DNA of 64,000 nt from Nymphaea colorata (taxonomy: Eukaryota): the NCBI RefSeq assembly GCF_008831285.2, contig NC_045138.2, positions 6,324,001-6,388,000 on the forward strand, given 5' to 3'. How positions within the stretch are numbered: position 1 is the stretch's first letter; every line of letters starts with the position of its first letter. Below the pieces are notes generated by a model. It was not told where the DNA came from. It saw only the letters and a program-made list of their open reading frames with translations, and searched no databases. The position numbers and the translations under genes were made by a program. Of the stretch, positions 1-13,408 are shown in pieces.

Positions 1-1250
1 ATGTCCGGTACCCTGAGAAGATGATGCTTTCAAGTATCTTGTTGGGTGACATGATAAAAGCCTCCTCCAACTCTTTGAACAAATCACAGTGACGTTTTAT
101 TATGCCAGAGGCAGTTGCTCTCTTTCCATTGGTTGAACGCTTAACATGTGCACCACATCATTTTCAGTTTCGTTAAACATAACCTTAATGAGTGATGCAA
201 ACTCCTCCGTTGACCATCACGGCACCTTCTTAATTAATAGGTTCACCACTCTGTGTAACATGCAAAACCGAAGACCTTATGCATAACACAAATCATGGAG
301 CAAACTTTAATGGGATGCTGATAACCTTACAGGTTTCATTTCTACTAGAGCATGGTATAATGTGCGTGAATGTTGTCTGACTGGCACACATTCACAAGCC
401 TGTGATTCATAGAACTTGAGGTCACCCTCATCAAGCTCCGTAGGATACTATGATTTGTCCTCCAACAATCAAATTTAAAGAAAAAAATATTGGTAAGCAG
501 GAAAGGCACTAAAAATTAACGTTTTAGGCAACATTACATGTATAAGTAAAAAAGCACTTTTCCTCGGACGTAGTGATAACAAAGATGGCACCTTTAGATT
601 CTAATATTGTTATTGACATTGGATGTTGCCGAACATTTAGCAATACCAACTGTACATTCCAAAGTTCGATTATTCATATCTAAGTTTTACAAACTTTTTG
701 CTCTATTTGAGAGAATAGGGTTGGTAGGAAGACCTGATATCTACCGTCGTTTTAGAACTTGGATGTCATAAACTTATGAAATGGAAAATATAGTAATTGC
801 CTTAGACATAGTAATTCTTTATAATGACAAAGTAATTTTCATAAAAAAAACACAAAACCAATTCGAAAACGCTCTGGTCTGGTTTGAAAGAGACGTTTGA
901 GGAAAAAAACATCTGCGAAATAGTTACAATACAGTTGTGGCAGTTTTGTTTTCTTTTTGGATACGTAACATTTTGGAGAGAATAATATTAGTTGCACTTC
1001 CAATCGTATCATAAACACTATTTGGCTACATCTCAAAGTTCAGATCCGAAAGCAGTTAACAGAACGTCCGTTTTCCTCAATAAATTCCTGGCAAGCTCAA
1101 GCAACAAATTCCTTTGGACAAATTCATTAAAAGGATTCTTGTGCCTAAAACTTGTATTCGTGGTCGAACCCCACTTTCCCCTTTTGCTTTATGATCCATA
1201 CAAGGTTCGCTGTATGATGAAAGATGAACCTCTTAGGTTCAGTGCACTTT
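1..1250 (-). pseudogene. F-box/FBD/LRR-repeat protein pseudogene, copy 1 (runs off window start)
   Basis: Minus-strand translation, with stops and frameshifts: PKRFIFHHTANLVW (F-box end-like), KNPFNEFVQRNLLL...DVAK* (like the post-F-box FxxFVxxxL...VxxW motif), KLPQLYC, one LRR block, then CMLHRVVNLLIKKVP*WSTEEFASLIKVMF (FBD-like). The family call rests on motif resemblance only. Confidence 0.55.
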
Positions 1251-1257
1251 AGTATAC

Positions 1258-1620
1258 ACATGCCATTCCTATAGTTGGTTCGATAAGAATCAAACTATAA
1301 ATTCCAAAATTTGATATTTACATAGAGATGAATCAACATTTGAAAAAAAAAAAATCAAGGAAACGCCACAGTTTAGTGGCTAAAATGAGCAATTTTCACG
1401 TTAAGTTTCTTATCTAAACAGCCATGTGAATTACATTTTTTTTATCCAACTTGATTAAACACATACCTGCCACTTGTACGGTTGATTCGATAAGAACACT
1501 CAACCTGTAAATTCCGAATTATAATATCTATATAGCGCTGAACTAACTTTTAGAAAATCAAACTTCAAGAAAATGCCACAGTTTTAGCTGATAAATAAAC
1601 GATTTTTCACGTTAACATTC
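1258..1620. repeat. Diverged direct repeat, two copies ~200 bp apart
   Basis: ttcgataagaa...gaaa(c/t)gccacagttt...ttttcacgttaa occurs at ~1258-1410 and ~1460-1620. Confidence 0.7.
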
Positions 1621-1959
1621 TAGTTTTATTTGCAAGGTCACATCTGGCTAAAGCAGCCCCAAAACATTGCAGTTCAAAATTCAATTTTAATCTAATTTTG
1701 AATATATAAGCTTTTACTGGTGGTGTATTGTAGGCTAAGTGAAGATGATACATGGATATATATTTGGTGTAGGTTTTTTTATTACAATTAATTATATTTA
1801 TATATAGTATGATATTTTTTATATCATATACATAATAATCCAGCCGGGCCAAGCATGGGCTCGAGCCTGCAACAAGCAGGGGCAGCGGCCCCACCCTAGC
1901 TTGATTTCTTATCGAGCCAGGTAGACCCAATGCCCTGCCCTTTTATATCTTCTTTTGTT

Positions 1960-2070
1960 GCACATAAGGCCTCCTCCCTTGCATGTTACATAGCTTAGGT
2001 GAACATGTAAAGAAAACAGAGTGATGGCGAACATAGGAGTTTGCATTAGCACTTAAGGTTATGTTGAAGG
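1960..2070 (+). pseudogene. Diverged FBD-like exon fragment in the opposite orientation
   Basis: Reverse complement aligns to ~175-285. It translates as GLLPCMLHSLGEHV...EFALALKVMLK. Confidence 0.5.
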
Positions 2071-2227
2071 AGGTCCATATGTTTTTATAGGTGGAGTCAA
2101 TATATAATTTTCAAAATTGTTGATAGGATCAAAGCAAAATTTTTAGAAATTTTGTATAGCAAAATTTCATTTTTAAAAGCGCAAGGAGGGCCATGGCACC
2201 TGCCAAAATGCCCTAATTAACCCCAGT

Positions 2228-2392
2228 GAGGTTCAAGATGGGCTGGCTTAACTTGAGCTCGACTCATTTATGTACTCAACTTCATTTCTCAACTCAAACT
2301 AGACTTGTTTGATAAACGAGTTGAGCTGATATCAAGTTTATCGAGCAAGTTCAAGTTGAGCTCGAGTTAGCACGACTTGTTGAACAGCCCTA
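2228..2392. mobile_element. hAT-like MITE end fragment
   Basis: GAGCTCGAG-type subterminal repeats ending in ...gttgaacagcccta (TAGGG-type TIR). Similar to the elements at 18538 and 26209. Confidence 0.5.
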
Positions 2393-2589
2393 CGAACTTT
2401 TGATATGTTCAAACATTAGAGGGTGTTTTGTTTAAGTAACACACTGTTTGAAGGACATTTTGTTCATGGAAACATGTCGTTTCTACCCTGATCTTCCCGC
2501 TACCTATGGACGAAGTGCATGAAATAGCAAAATTTCGGTTTTTGTTGGAAATAGATTTTTAAGAAAAAGGAACCTGCCCATCAACATGA

Positions 2590-4800
2590 GGGTCAACCAT
2601 TTTGCCACCATTAACAGGGGTAATCGATCCAAGCTCTAAGTTTTCTAAATTTTTGACAAGTTATTTTTCCTACATACACTTACATGGATTGGATTTTGGA
2701 TTTTGGAGTTGATTTTGAACAAAACTTGAATTTGATTTGAGAAATTGGGATTTTAATTTAATCCTGGATTTGAACTTTGATTTGGTCCAAATTTGGCATT
2801 TTGGAAATTGAGAATTTGGATTTTGTATGAAATTGAGGATTGTTAAATTTTGAATAGAATTGAGAAATGAAATTGGATTTTTGAATAGAATTGGGAGTGA
2901 AATTGAATTTTTGAAATTGAGATTAGACATTGAAAATTTGAGGTTTGGGTCAGATTTTAGATTTTGACTTAAAAATTCTTGAATTTGGAACTTGTTTTTG
3001 GAACAGAATGTTGGTTTTGGAATTTTTGAAATTTCTAGGCGTGTAATGGTCAGAAATCGACCAATATTTTTGGATCTTGAACTTGCTTTTTTGAAAGTCT
3101 TGTGAAAATTTTATAACATTTGATTGGTAAGATTGAAAAGTTGGATTTTAGGATTCTAAGTCTAGTTCTCAAGAATTGTCTTGTTTTTAAGAAACTTGAT
3201 TTTGGGAGTTCTTACCAAGATCATAAAAATTTACTTGATTTGAGTTTGATTTTGTCTTGGTTTTGAGGAAAATCCAATCATGGATTTGAAATTGATTTTG
3301 GAAATGTAGGTTTTACAACCGAAATAAGTGATGTGCTCAAGTTTTTGTCGAAATATGACTTGGTGATGGTAGCGACTCTGACTTGACTCACTTAGATTTT
3401 GCAAAAGTGAGGGGGAGGTCTTGTGACGTGAGTGCATACATGCATTTATAAACTACATGCACATTCATGTTTCACTCTCTTTCACTCCATGTGTAGTTTT
3501 AATTGATCTTCACATGGATGTAAGTCCACCTTATAGGTGGAAAATGTATGATGTCCTCGAAGCTTAGTCTTGATGTCAACAAAAGCATTTGGAGTTAATG
3601 GTCCATGGGCTTAAGTTTTGGTTTTGAAAATGAGATTTCAAAAACAAATTTTGGTTAGAGCATAGGAGAAGGCATGTTTGAGTTTGGAAAATTGGAGATT
3701 TTGAGAAAACTTTCTCTTTGAAGGAGGCAGTTCTCATTTGTGAGTTCTTCTAGAATTTTGGTTTTTGAATTTGCTTTGAAAATAAGTTTTAATTTTACAA
3801 GTTGATTTCTATTGGTTTCCTAGATCAAGAACCCAGCATTTGAAAGTTATATGAATTGGATTTAGAGAAATTCTCCAAGTTTCTCTAGATTGATGTTTTT
3901 GGAAAACCAATTTTGAGTTGGAACTAGATATAAAAATAGCTTGATTTGAGAAATAACTAGTGGCTTGTATTGGTTTTGGAAAGGATTGACTATTTGGAAA
4001 TGCATATTTCCAAACTAATTTGGTGAGAATCTAATTTCTCTAGTGGTTTTAGATTTGGCCAAAACACTTGTTTTGTATCTAGGGATTTCTTTTGAAACCC
4101 TACTAGATGAATTTGTTAATGGTTGATCTTCAAAATTATTGAGATTTCTGGAAATTTCAGAAATGAGATTAGATGAAGTGATTCCATCTTACTTGATTTG
4201 TTTCATTTTAAAATGGATCATACTCATGGATCAGTAGATCCAATCCTTGGTGGAACGGTTTTGGCAAGGTTGTGAGATCCAAATCTATTTCGCATTCAAG
4301 AGATCATCCATGCTTCCTTCCTCTCTCTCTTTCTTTGCATTCATTCATTCAATCGCATAGATGAATGGATGACATTTTTGCACAAACCATGGTGGTATTC
4401 CTCCAATATTACACGAGTGGGATCTCTCTAAGTCAGGTTTTGAGAAATATCATTTTCTAATTTTTGTTTTGAAAACAAAATGTTAGCTCAAATGGGTTTG
4501 GATGATCAAGGAAATGCATGTAGATATGCATTAGCTTGTATATTTTCTTCGTACGACTCAGCAAGACATCATCCCAGCTTTTTTGAAATATAAGAAATCC
4601 CAACCCAAACCCACGATTTGTTTGTCATTTCCATTCATCATTCATTCATTATTCACGTGAAGATGCACGTCCACCATTTCCAGCAAGTTAACATTTTAAG
4701 AAAATGCCACAGATCATGAAGATTAGAATGATAAAATGAGGCATAAAAGTTGCTGTTTTAGAACAGCAAAAGAGATGTCATTTTGCGTTAGGTAGCTTGG
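2590..4800. mobile_element. Non-coding remnant, probably from a large LTR retrotransposon
   Basis: Rich in ttgga/tttt degenerate repeats, similar in style to the 3' part of the solo LTR at 12374-15832. No ORF and no clear termini. Confidence 0.35.
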
Positions 4801-5069
4801 CAAATACCCCAACCCACGACACTGGTTAAGGTCTAGACCATGGTGACGAGTCACCAATATTTGGCAAGCTAAAAATTAACTAAAACCCATTGGTTTGGGT
4901 GCTAGGGAGTAAAAAAAACAAGGGCTTTTGAACCCTGGTTTTCATCTTGCTGGATAGAGGAATCGGCCTCACCAAGGCTGCTGCAAAGTAGGCCATAGTG
5001 GAGTAGGTCTGACCACTCTAGCAGCCAGCCCCTTTATAGCTACTAAAGTAGGTCCAATGCTCTTTTTTT

Positions 5070-7797
5070 TTTTTTGAGAAAATTGAGACATGAATGACAA
5101 TATAATTCATTAACATGCAAGTTGGAGAGGTAGCTGACCTTAATTGCTGGAAAAACTGAGGTGATAACAATCAAGTTTTCACACTTTGATGCATATGCCT
5201 TAGTTACAGACATTTATAAAGTGTCTAAGTTGTGACACTTAATATATAGACACTTGTACTACAATGGACTCTACAATGGACTGAAGTTATTGGGGCATAA
5301 AAAATTAGTTGTTGGTTTACCTTGTCTTATCAATAATGAAGATATTTGTGAAAGATGTGTGTATGGAAAACAACATCGTCTTCCATTTCTAGTTGGAAAA
5401 GCATGTAGAGCGAAAGCTCCTTTAGAATTAGTGCATGCTGACATTTGTGGGTCACGCATGAGTTGAGTGTTTTTTCTTGTTGAAAAATCTGAAGCCATTG
5501 AAAAATTCAAGGGATTTAAAGTTTTTTGCAGAAAAAGAACGTAGGTGACCTATAAAAATATTTTGTACTGATAGAGGGGATGAATTTTTGTCAAATGATT
5601 TCAAAATTTTTTGCAAATTACATGGTATACATAGACAGTTGACAGTAAGAAAAACTCCCCAGCAAAATGGAGTTGCTGAAAGGAAAAATCGCACAGTGGT
5701 AGAAATCGCTCGTAGCATGTTGAATGAGAAACATCTTCCAAATGAGTTTTGTTCTAAAGCAGTGGCTACAGCTGTGTATCTTTTCAACACATCCCCAACC
5801 AAAACAGTCCGCAATATGACTCCATATGAAGCATGGTGGGAGAAAAAACCTGATGTAAGTAATTTAAAATTTTTTGAATGCATCGCCTACTCTTTGCTTG
5901 ATTCTAATAGTCGAGACAAAATTGACAAAAAGAGTGAGAAATGCATTTTTGTGGGTTATAGTAATAACTCAAATTGTTATAGACTATACAATCCGATAAT
6001 AAAGTCTTTAATCATTCAACGTGATATCATTTTTGATGAGAATAGATCATGGGAGTTGACAACAATAGAATACAAACATATTCCATTTGTTAAATCAACT
6101 TCTCACTCAAATGCATCATCGTCAAGTGCTACTCTTTCAAAAGAGACCAATTCAGATAATGAAGAAGATGTCGAAATAACTACAACAAGAAAGGTACGAT
6201 CTCTACATGACATATATGCTTCTTCTTTATTTGCTTTTATGGTAACTGAACCATCATGTTATGAGGAAGCATGTGGTAAAGAAGAATTAGAAAAAACAAT
6301 GCAAGAAGAGATTCATACAATTAAGAGAAATGATATATGACAACTAGTAGATTTGTCACAGGAAAAAGAACCTATAAGTGTGAAATGAGTTTACAAATTG
6401 AAGTATAATGTCGATGGAGATGTGCAAAAATACAAGGCTAGACTAGTCGTGAGAGGGTATGTACAAAAATATGACATTGATTATTTTGAAACTTTTTCTC
6501 CTGTTGCTCGTTTTGAGACTATTACACTAGTATTGACACTAGGAAGTCACTTAAAATGGAAGGTTTTTCAATTTGATGTCAAGTCTACTTTTTTGAATGG
6601 TGCTTAGAAAAAGATGTATACGTACATCAACCACAGGGCTTTGTCATAAGTAGACTGGAGAAGAAAGTGTATAAGTTGAAGAAGGCCATTTATGGCCTCA
6701 AGCAAACATCAAAAGCATGGTATGAGAGACTTGACACATATCTTCACAGAAATGAGTTTCAACATTGTGAGAATGAACCCACATTATACTTGAAAAATGA
6801 AGGTATTGACATGCTTGTGGTATGTGTTTATGTAGATGACATTACCTACATGGGATCAAGTGATGTGCTCATTCAAAAATTCAAGGACAGTATGATAAGT
6901 GAGTTCGAAATGTCAGATTTGAGTTTATTGCATTTCTTTCTTGGTCTTCAAGTTGTCCAAACAAATAATGACATTTTTATCTCTTAAGAAAAATATGCAT
7001 TAAGCATACTTAAGAGGTATAAAATGTTAGATTGCAAGTCGTGTTCTATTCTAATGAACGTACGTGAAAAATTGACTTTGTCTAATGGGACTGCTAAAGC
7101 CAATGAAACAATGTTTAGAGGTCCAGTTGGTGGCTTGTTATATTTGACTCATATATGATCAGATAGTTTATTTGCTGTTAGCTTGGTATCCAGGTTCATG
7201 CACAATCTATCATTACACCATCTGGAGGCAGCAAAACATGTTCTACGTTACATCCGTGAAACTACTGAATATGGAAGTTGGTATAAATCAGATGTTTGTT
7301 TTAACTTACTTGGTTACACTGATAGTGACTGGGCAAGAGCTGTAGATGATAGAAGGAGCACAAGCGCTTATGTTTTTACACTTGGATCAGGTGCTATATC
7401 ATGGTGTTCAAACAAGCAAAGTACGACGACATTATCATCTTCTGAAGCAGAGTATATTGCTGCATCTGACACTACTTGTCAGGCAATTTGGATGCATCGA
7501 GTTTTGGAAGATCTTGGTAAAAGTCAAACTGAAGGAACACCAATCCATTGTGACAACAAGGCAACTATAGCAATGACAAGAAATCTGATTTACCATGGAT
7601 GGACAAAACATATTGAACTTCGTCATCATTCCATTCATGAGATTGTTGGTAAAGGTCAAATCGTGTTGAAGTATTGCTCAACCAATGAGCAAGTTGCAGA
7701 TGCGTTTACTAAGGCACTTTCATATGCAAAATTTGTGAAGTTTCGGTCTCACCTTCGTGCTTCAAACTTTGCATTAAGGGGGAGTGATGAAAGTTAA
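5070..7797 (+). mobile_element. Ty1/copia internal region (GAG-pre-integrase, integrase, RT, RNase H), degenerate and 5'-truncated
   Basis: ORFs carry CERCVYGKQHR, PLELVHADICG, TPQQNGVAERKNRT, YKARLV, ETFSPVARFET, YVDD, GYTDSDW, SSEAEY and ADAFTKAL in INT-RT-RH order. Many stops. Confidence 0.95.
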
Positions 7798-8157
7798 TGC
7801 AAAAAAAAAAACATGAGCATGTCCTTATGAAGAAGGTGAAGGGTTCAACTTTTGGGTTCCCCAAAAGTTCCATCGTGCCATGACAAGTGCCCCTTCACCT
7901 TGACTATTTTAATTTTCAGTTTTTTGTTTTTAATTCATATGTCAATAATGGCTATAGTGGAATCATCAAGAGTCATGTCATTTATTTTTCAGTTTTTTTT
8001 TACATGTATATGTATGGCCCTTTCCGTTGTGTGTTCAAAGATTTCTTGTTGTGTGCTTAATCCTTGCTGCCTTGTGTCATGCCTAGGTGACCACTTGAAG
8101 AAACAAGTGGTGGATTAGTTGTTGTGTTGCTCTTGTGTTATATTCGTGTCATTTACA
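7785..8157 (+). mobile_element. Probable 3' LTR of the copia element
   Basis: Follows the polypurine tract aagggggag (~7776-7784), starts TG and plausibly ends ...tttaCA. There is no 5' LTR to confirm the end. Confidence 0.55.
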
Positions 8158-8621
8158 GGAGCACAAGAAGAAGACGTGCAGGCCGGTCATTCCTTTAGGT
8201 AACACCCTTGCCTCATGAAAATCAAACTCACCCCTGCGCATCTATATTTCAACCCTCGGATTTTGCTTGATGCCATAGATCATCTCCTGATCAAATCTAT
8301 GCACCTTTGCCTCTCCACCATAGGTAACCATCACTCTCTCCCTCTCTCATCATTGTTTGTCTGCTGTGAAGAGAAGCCTTGCAAAGCAGCCATCGTTTTG
8401 TGTAGGTTTGTGAAGGTGGAGGAGTGATCCTACAAGAGTGAAGGCCTTTTGTGCAGGCCTGTGAGAGAATGAGAGGCAGTTCTCTTTTTTGGTCATAGTC
8501 AACTATTTCAACATAAGGGTTTTCAAGCTCTATTAATGGAGAAGGTGAACTTTTGGCCCTTTCCCTCCCCGTTTTCTTGTTTAGGATATGATATTCATCA
8601 ACGAAAATTCGTTTGTTCTTA

Positions 8622-9031
8622 TCTGCTAAAACTTTTTCCTCATCATTGCCGCCATGTCAGTTTCTGTATTCAGATAAACCCTATTTTTTCCATTTTGTGC
8701 CTGTACTCTGTACACCTGGGTCTTTTATGTTTGCCTTCTTTCTCCCACACTGTCCTCTTCTTTCTTGGATCAAGCAGTTCCAGATTTTCCATCTTGATCT
8801 GAGAATTTTCGGGAGGGATTTCTAGCCATTGGTTGGATCGTACCTAGCTCATTCCCCCTTTCCCGTTTTTCTGGAACCGTTTGATCCAAGAAAGAGGAGG
8901 GCAATGTGAGAGAAAGAAAGCAAGTAAAAAACCCATATGTACTGAGTACATGCAAAAAAGGGAGAAATTAATGTTTACTTGATTACAAAAACTGACGATG
9001 GTGACGATGATGAGGGAAAACTTGTAGCAGA
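8622..9031. repeat. Inverted repeat family IR1 (arms 8622-8784 and 8870-9031)
   Basis: tttcttggatcaagcagttccaga pairs with tctggaaccgtttgatccaagaaa, and cctcatcattgccgccat pairs with atggtgacgatgatgagg. Arms are ~160 bp. Confidence 0.9.
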
Positions 9032-9767
9032 GGACATTTTATTTTGAGGCTGCGTTCTAGGGGTTGGGGCATTTCTAGGAAGGATGACCTTTTGTTCTTC
9101 TTGGACAGAATGATGCTTTGACATCAATTGTCTTCTAAAGAGACACATGTTTTCAGAAACAAAATCTCATTGAAACAGTGTTTTACTCAAACCAGATGCC
9201 CTCTTAGGAAGACAACAAACAATTAGAAGGAAATGCGACATAGATAGCTATGGGAATTAAGCCTAGAAAATGGCTTCCTCTTCACCAAGTAGCTTTAGGC
9301 ACGTCTAGGGGATGGAAGGTGACTCCCTTCATTGTCAAAGGCTCAAACAAGGGCCAGCATCACACAGTGTCTATTTTGGTGAGGACAATCAGAGCAATTT
9401 TGAAGATAAAGCATTGAAGCAGGTTACCTGAGAAGCCAACAACTGTAGGGAATGTGGACTTCTATTTATAGATAAGATCAAACATTGGTTGAATGGGGTG
9501 AAAGGAGTGTTAGAAGCTTGCTGCCATAGCCAATAGATCATATAGAGTTCAGATTTCTAATGTTAACTCTGCTCTTGGCACGACTACTCTTTTGGCCAAC
9601 AACCTGTAAGGTTTCTGCAGTGTATTATTCATTGATGTATTTGTGTATGCTATTCAGCTCCTTCTTGGGTTTCCATTTTGATGTTAGTGGTAACCAAGTT
9701 TTTGTTGTGCATACCATCTTTGATTAAGAAGGTAAGGTGGCCATTTGCCCCCACAGATTTCTTGCAG

Positions 9768-10670
9768 AAAGGAGGATCAGATCATCAATGGCCATAGTGG
9801 GGAGACAGAATGACTTCTTGTCATTCGTAGTGTTCTCTCCTTCGGTATTCAAGCCCTCCTTCTCTTTGTGTGCATGTGTTTGTCTATTTAATAAGAGCGC
9901 CCCTGCCGACAACATTTGGGAGAGAGAAGGGCATGTCCTCTGCTTTCCTTTCTCTTTCTTCTTTCTTCGTATATATTTTTTTCCATTCCCTTTCCTTTGT
10001 ACTTTTTCTCTTATTCTCCCTCCCTCTCTCTTCCTTCTTGAACACCTCCCGCTCTCTTCCTTCTTGTTGTTCAAGGGGATAATAAGCAATGGCATCATAG
10101 AAAACACCTCATATTAAGCATGTTGTTGAGGCCCACCTTAAAATCATTTTTCTCTTTTTCAGCTCCCCTTTTTCTCTATTTCTTTTTGGCTATTTCATTA
10201 TTCCCTCTCTCACTAACACACATGATATATGTACATAGTGAGAGAGAAATTGGTATATGGAATACAAAAAGAAATAGAAAAGGTGGCTCAAAAAGATAGG
10301 TCATAAGGTGGTCACTACAGCATGCATAGCATGAGGTCCCTATGACACCATTGCTCATTATCTGCTTAAGCAAGGAGAGAGAAGAGAGAGAGAGAGAGAC
10401 AGAGGGTGAGAAAGGAATTAGAGAAAAAATACCAAGGAAAGAGAACACAAAAAAATATGAAGAATGAAAAGCAGAAGAATGAGAACAAAAAGAAGAGGAC
10501 GTGCCCTTCTCTCTCAACTGCTGCCAACAAGTGGCGCTCTTCTCACACAAATGCACATAAACAGAAACAGGAGGAGGGCCAAAGTACTGGGGGAGAGAAT
10601 AGTGCGAATGCTGAGAAATCATCCTCTTTCCTTGTTGTGGCTGTTGATGATCTGGCAATCCTTCTCTCTG
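9768..10670. repeat. Long imperfect palindrome family IR2, copy 1 (~450-bp arms, centre ~10230)
   Basis: Symmetric pairs include cagatcatcaa/ttgatgatctg, gagagagaagggcatgtcctct/agaggacgtgcccttctctctc and agcaatggcatcatag/ctatgacaccattgct. Confidence 0.9.
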
Positions 10671-10979
10671 GGTACCCACTTCCACCTCCTCATGTCTTTC
10701 TCTCACTCTGTGTCACTCTCCTTAGAGAAAAAATGGGGTTATTGGGGAGTTTCATTCAAAGAACGCCTATTGTTCTCCTTCGACAAAGTTGCAATAAGCC
10801 TTGTTTTCGACCCGTTTTCGAGTTGTTTGATCCTTCAATGTTTTGAAAATCTGTTAGTAATTAGAGTAGAGTGTTTTTAATTTTGTTTTCAGTTTTTTTC
10901 TAACAGAAATTGTTGTGACATCATATCCCTAAGGGAGTTGGCACAATGGAAGGGTTGGAGGTTGGTAGGAAGTCCATTT

Positions 10980-13377
10980 ATTGCTCATGGGGCATCTTGA
11001 AAATAGGATATACTGATTTGCAACATGAAACAGATGTGTACGTGCATTAAAAACAGGTTTGGTACCTTGGGGAGTTGGCACAAAGAATGGATATGTTCAC
11101 CGTGCCTTCTTAATTAACATGTTCGCCACATGCAAGATAGTAGGCCTTAAGCATATGAGAAATCATAAAGCAAACTTAAGGGAAGAAGATGTAAGGATTG
11201 CAGAAAATTTTAAATAGGATGCTCATGACCTTATAGATTCGTTTCTAGTAGAGTGGTGTAATGTGTGTGCATGTTGTTTGATTGGTGAACTGCATCATGG
11301 AAGAGAAAGCTGAGGAGTGTGGTTAGAAAGAAACAACTCAAGGGTCAACTACTTTGATAAAATTGGAGATGTGTAAAGTGGGGTTTTAGGTTATCGAGGC
11401 ATATCTAATATATAATATTATATTGTTCTATTGCATAGCATAGTATGTATCATATAGTTAATTTGAACATAAATATATGTAATGATTTCCTTAAATAAAT
11501 TCATGTAAGTTATACATAAAAATTCATGTAGTAAGCAAGATATATACTCAAATCTAATAGAAAGAAAGTATATAGCTACAATCACAAGAAAAAAAAAACA
11601 CATCAAGCAAAAGCCATGAGTCATATAAAATAAAATTGTTTAAGAAAACAAGTGAAAAAGTAACTTCATCATCTGGCACACATTCACAAGCGTGTGATTC
11701 ATAGATCTTAAGAATACCTTCAGCAAGCTGAGTAGGCTACTAGGATTCATCCTCCAACAATCAAATTTAAAGAAAAAACTATCTATAAGCAGGAAAGACA
11801 TTGAAACTTAACCTTTTAGGCAACAGTGCATGTATAAGTAAAAAAGCTCAAGTCTCAATGTAGTGATAACAAAGATGGCAATTTTAGATTCTTATATTAT
11901 TATTGATGTTGGATGTTGCCTAATACTTAGCACTACCAACTGTACATTCCAAAGTTCGATAATTCATATCTAAGTTTTACAAACTTATGCTTTTGCCATA
12001 TTTGAGTGAATGTATAGGGTTGGCCAGAAGGCCTCATATTCACCATGGTTTCATAACTTGGATGTCATAAACTTATAAAGTGGTAAATATAGTGGCAGCA
12101 CTACGGTGACAAATGATTCAAGTTTGGAAGTTATACATATGAGCAAAAAAGACTCATGCATTGAAGTATTCAATAATAAAGATGGAAATTTTAGGTTTTA
12201 ATATTAATCATAGCTTGAACGCCGCCTAAATTATCACTAACAATTGTACCTTCCAAAGTCCAAGCAATTGTATTCAAGTTTTACAAATTTGTTTTACTTT
12301 TGAGAGTATAGTTAGTGGAAAGACCCATAATCTCTAACATTATTTGAAAACTTGGATTAAAAAAGAGAGATGTTGTTTGCATCCCAAAATTTATTTCGGT
12401 TTTGGAGTGGTTCAGAAATATAAAATTGTATTTTCGAAATGAGAGAGAATAGGGACTCACCTGTCGGTACGAGGATTGGTCATTCTCGAGGCCTTTATGA
12501 GGGGTAACTAACCCAAAGGGTATGCTTATTCTTGATGCACTTTATTTTTAATTAAACATCTTATCCATTCTAAGTGTGTGTGGTAAATAGAAATAATGTT
12601 GAAGATTCAATGTTTCAAACTTTTGGATGAGAAAATTTTGAAAGATCATTTGAAAATTCAAGCCACTTTGATTTGAGACATTTTTGAATAAAGAAACCTT
12701 TGCAAATATCATTTGAAAATCTTTGAAAGATAATATGAGTATTTTGAAGATCGCTTTGCGAAATCAATTTAGTGTTTTTTTAAGAATTTAAGTAAGTTTA
12801 AGATTTTGCTCTAATTTAGCTACTACCTAGCTAAAGTTCCATCTCATCTTGTTTAAGTTCTTTTAGAGAGGCTCTTGTGATTATTCGTCAATTCCACAAG
12901 TGAATGTGAATGCATGAATGCATTAATTTTATATGATTGAAAACAAATTATTCATTCATATCATATCATTCACATAAGGATATCCTTATCATCACATTCA
13001 TCGAAATTTATTTACATACTTATCCTAAATATTTTCATGATGGGGAAAAAAAAAATTGAAAGTAAAATGTGGTTGCAAACTTTCAAAAATAATTTCAATA
13101 TTGAGTTATTACTTGAGTTTTGGTCTTAGTGAAGTCAATAAATGAAAATTAAAATTTAGATCTTAAGAAAGAGATATTGGAAACAATGAAAAAAAACAAA
13201 AAAAAGGAAAACATTTTAAGTCAAGAGGAATAACAAGAAAGAGAGAGATTTTGAAAAGAAAAAAAGAAAAATTTTAAAGAGAGAGAGAAGAGGATGTACA
13301 TGTGTGTGTGTGTGTGTAAAGTTGTATATATACGCGTATATGAAAGTTTATAAAAGGAAGATCTTAAATTTAAGAGG

Positions 13378-13408
<31 letters not shown>

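Noticed and set aside
9724..10880. Overlapping 120-176-aa ORFs on both strands
   Set aside because: Artefact of CT/GA-rich palindrome arms with few stop codons. No domain recognised.
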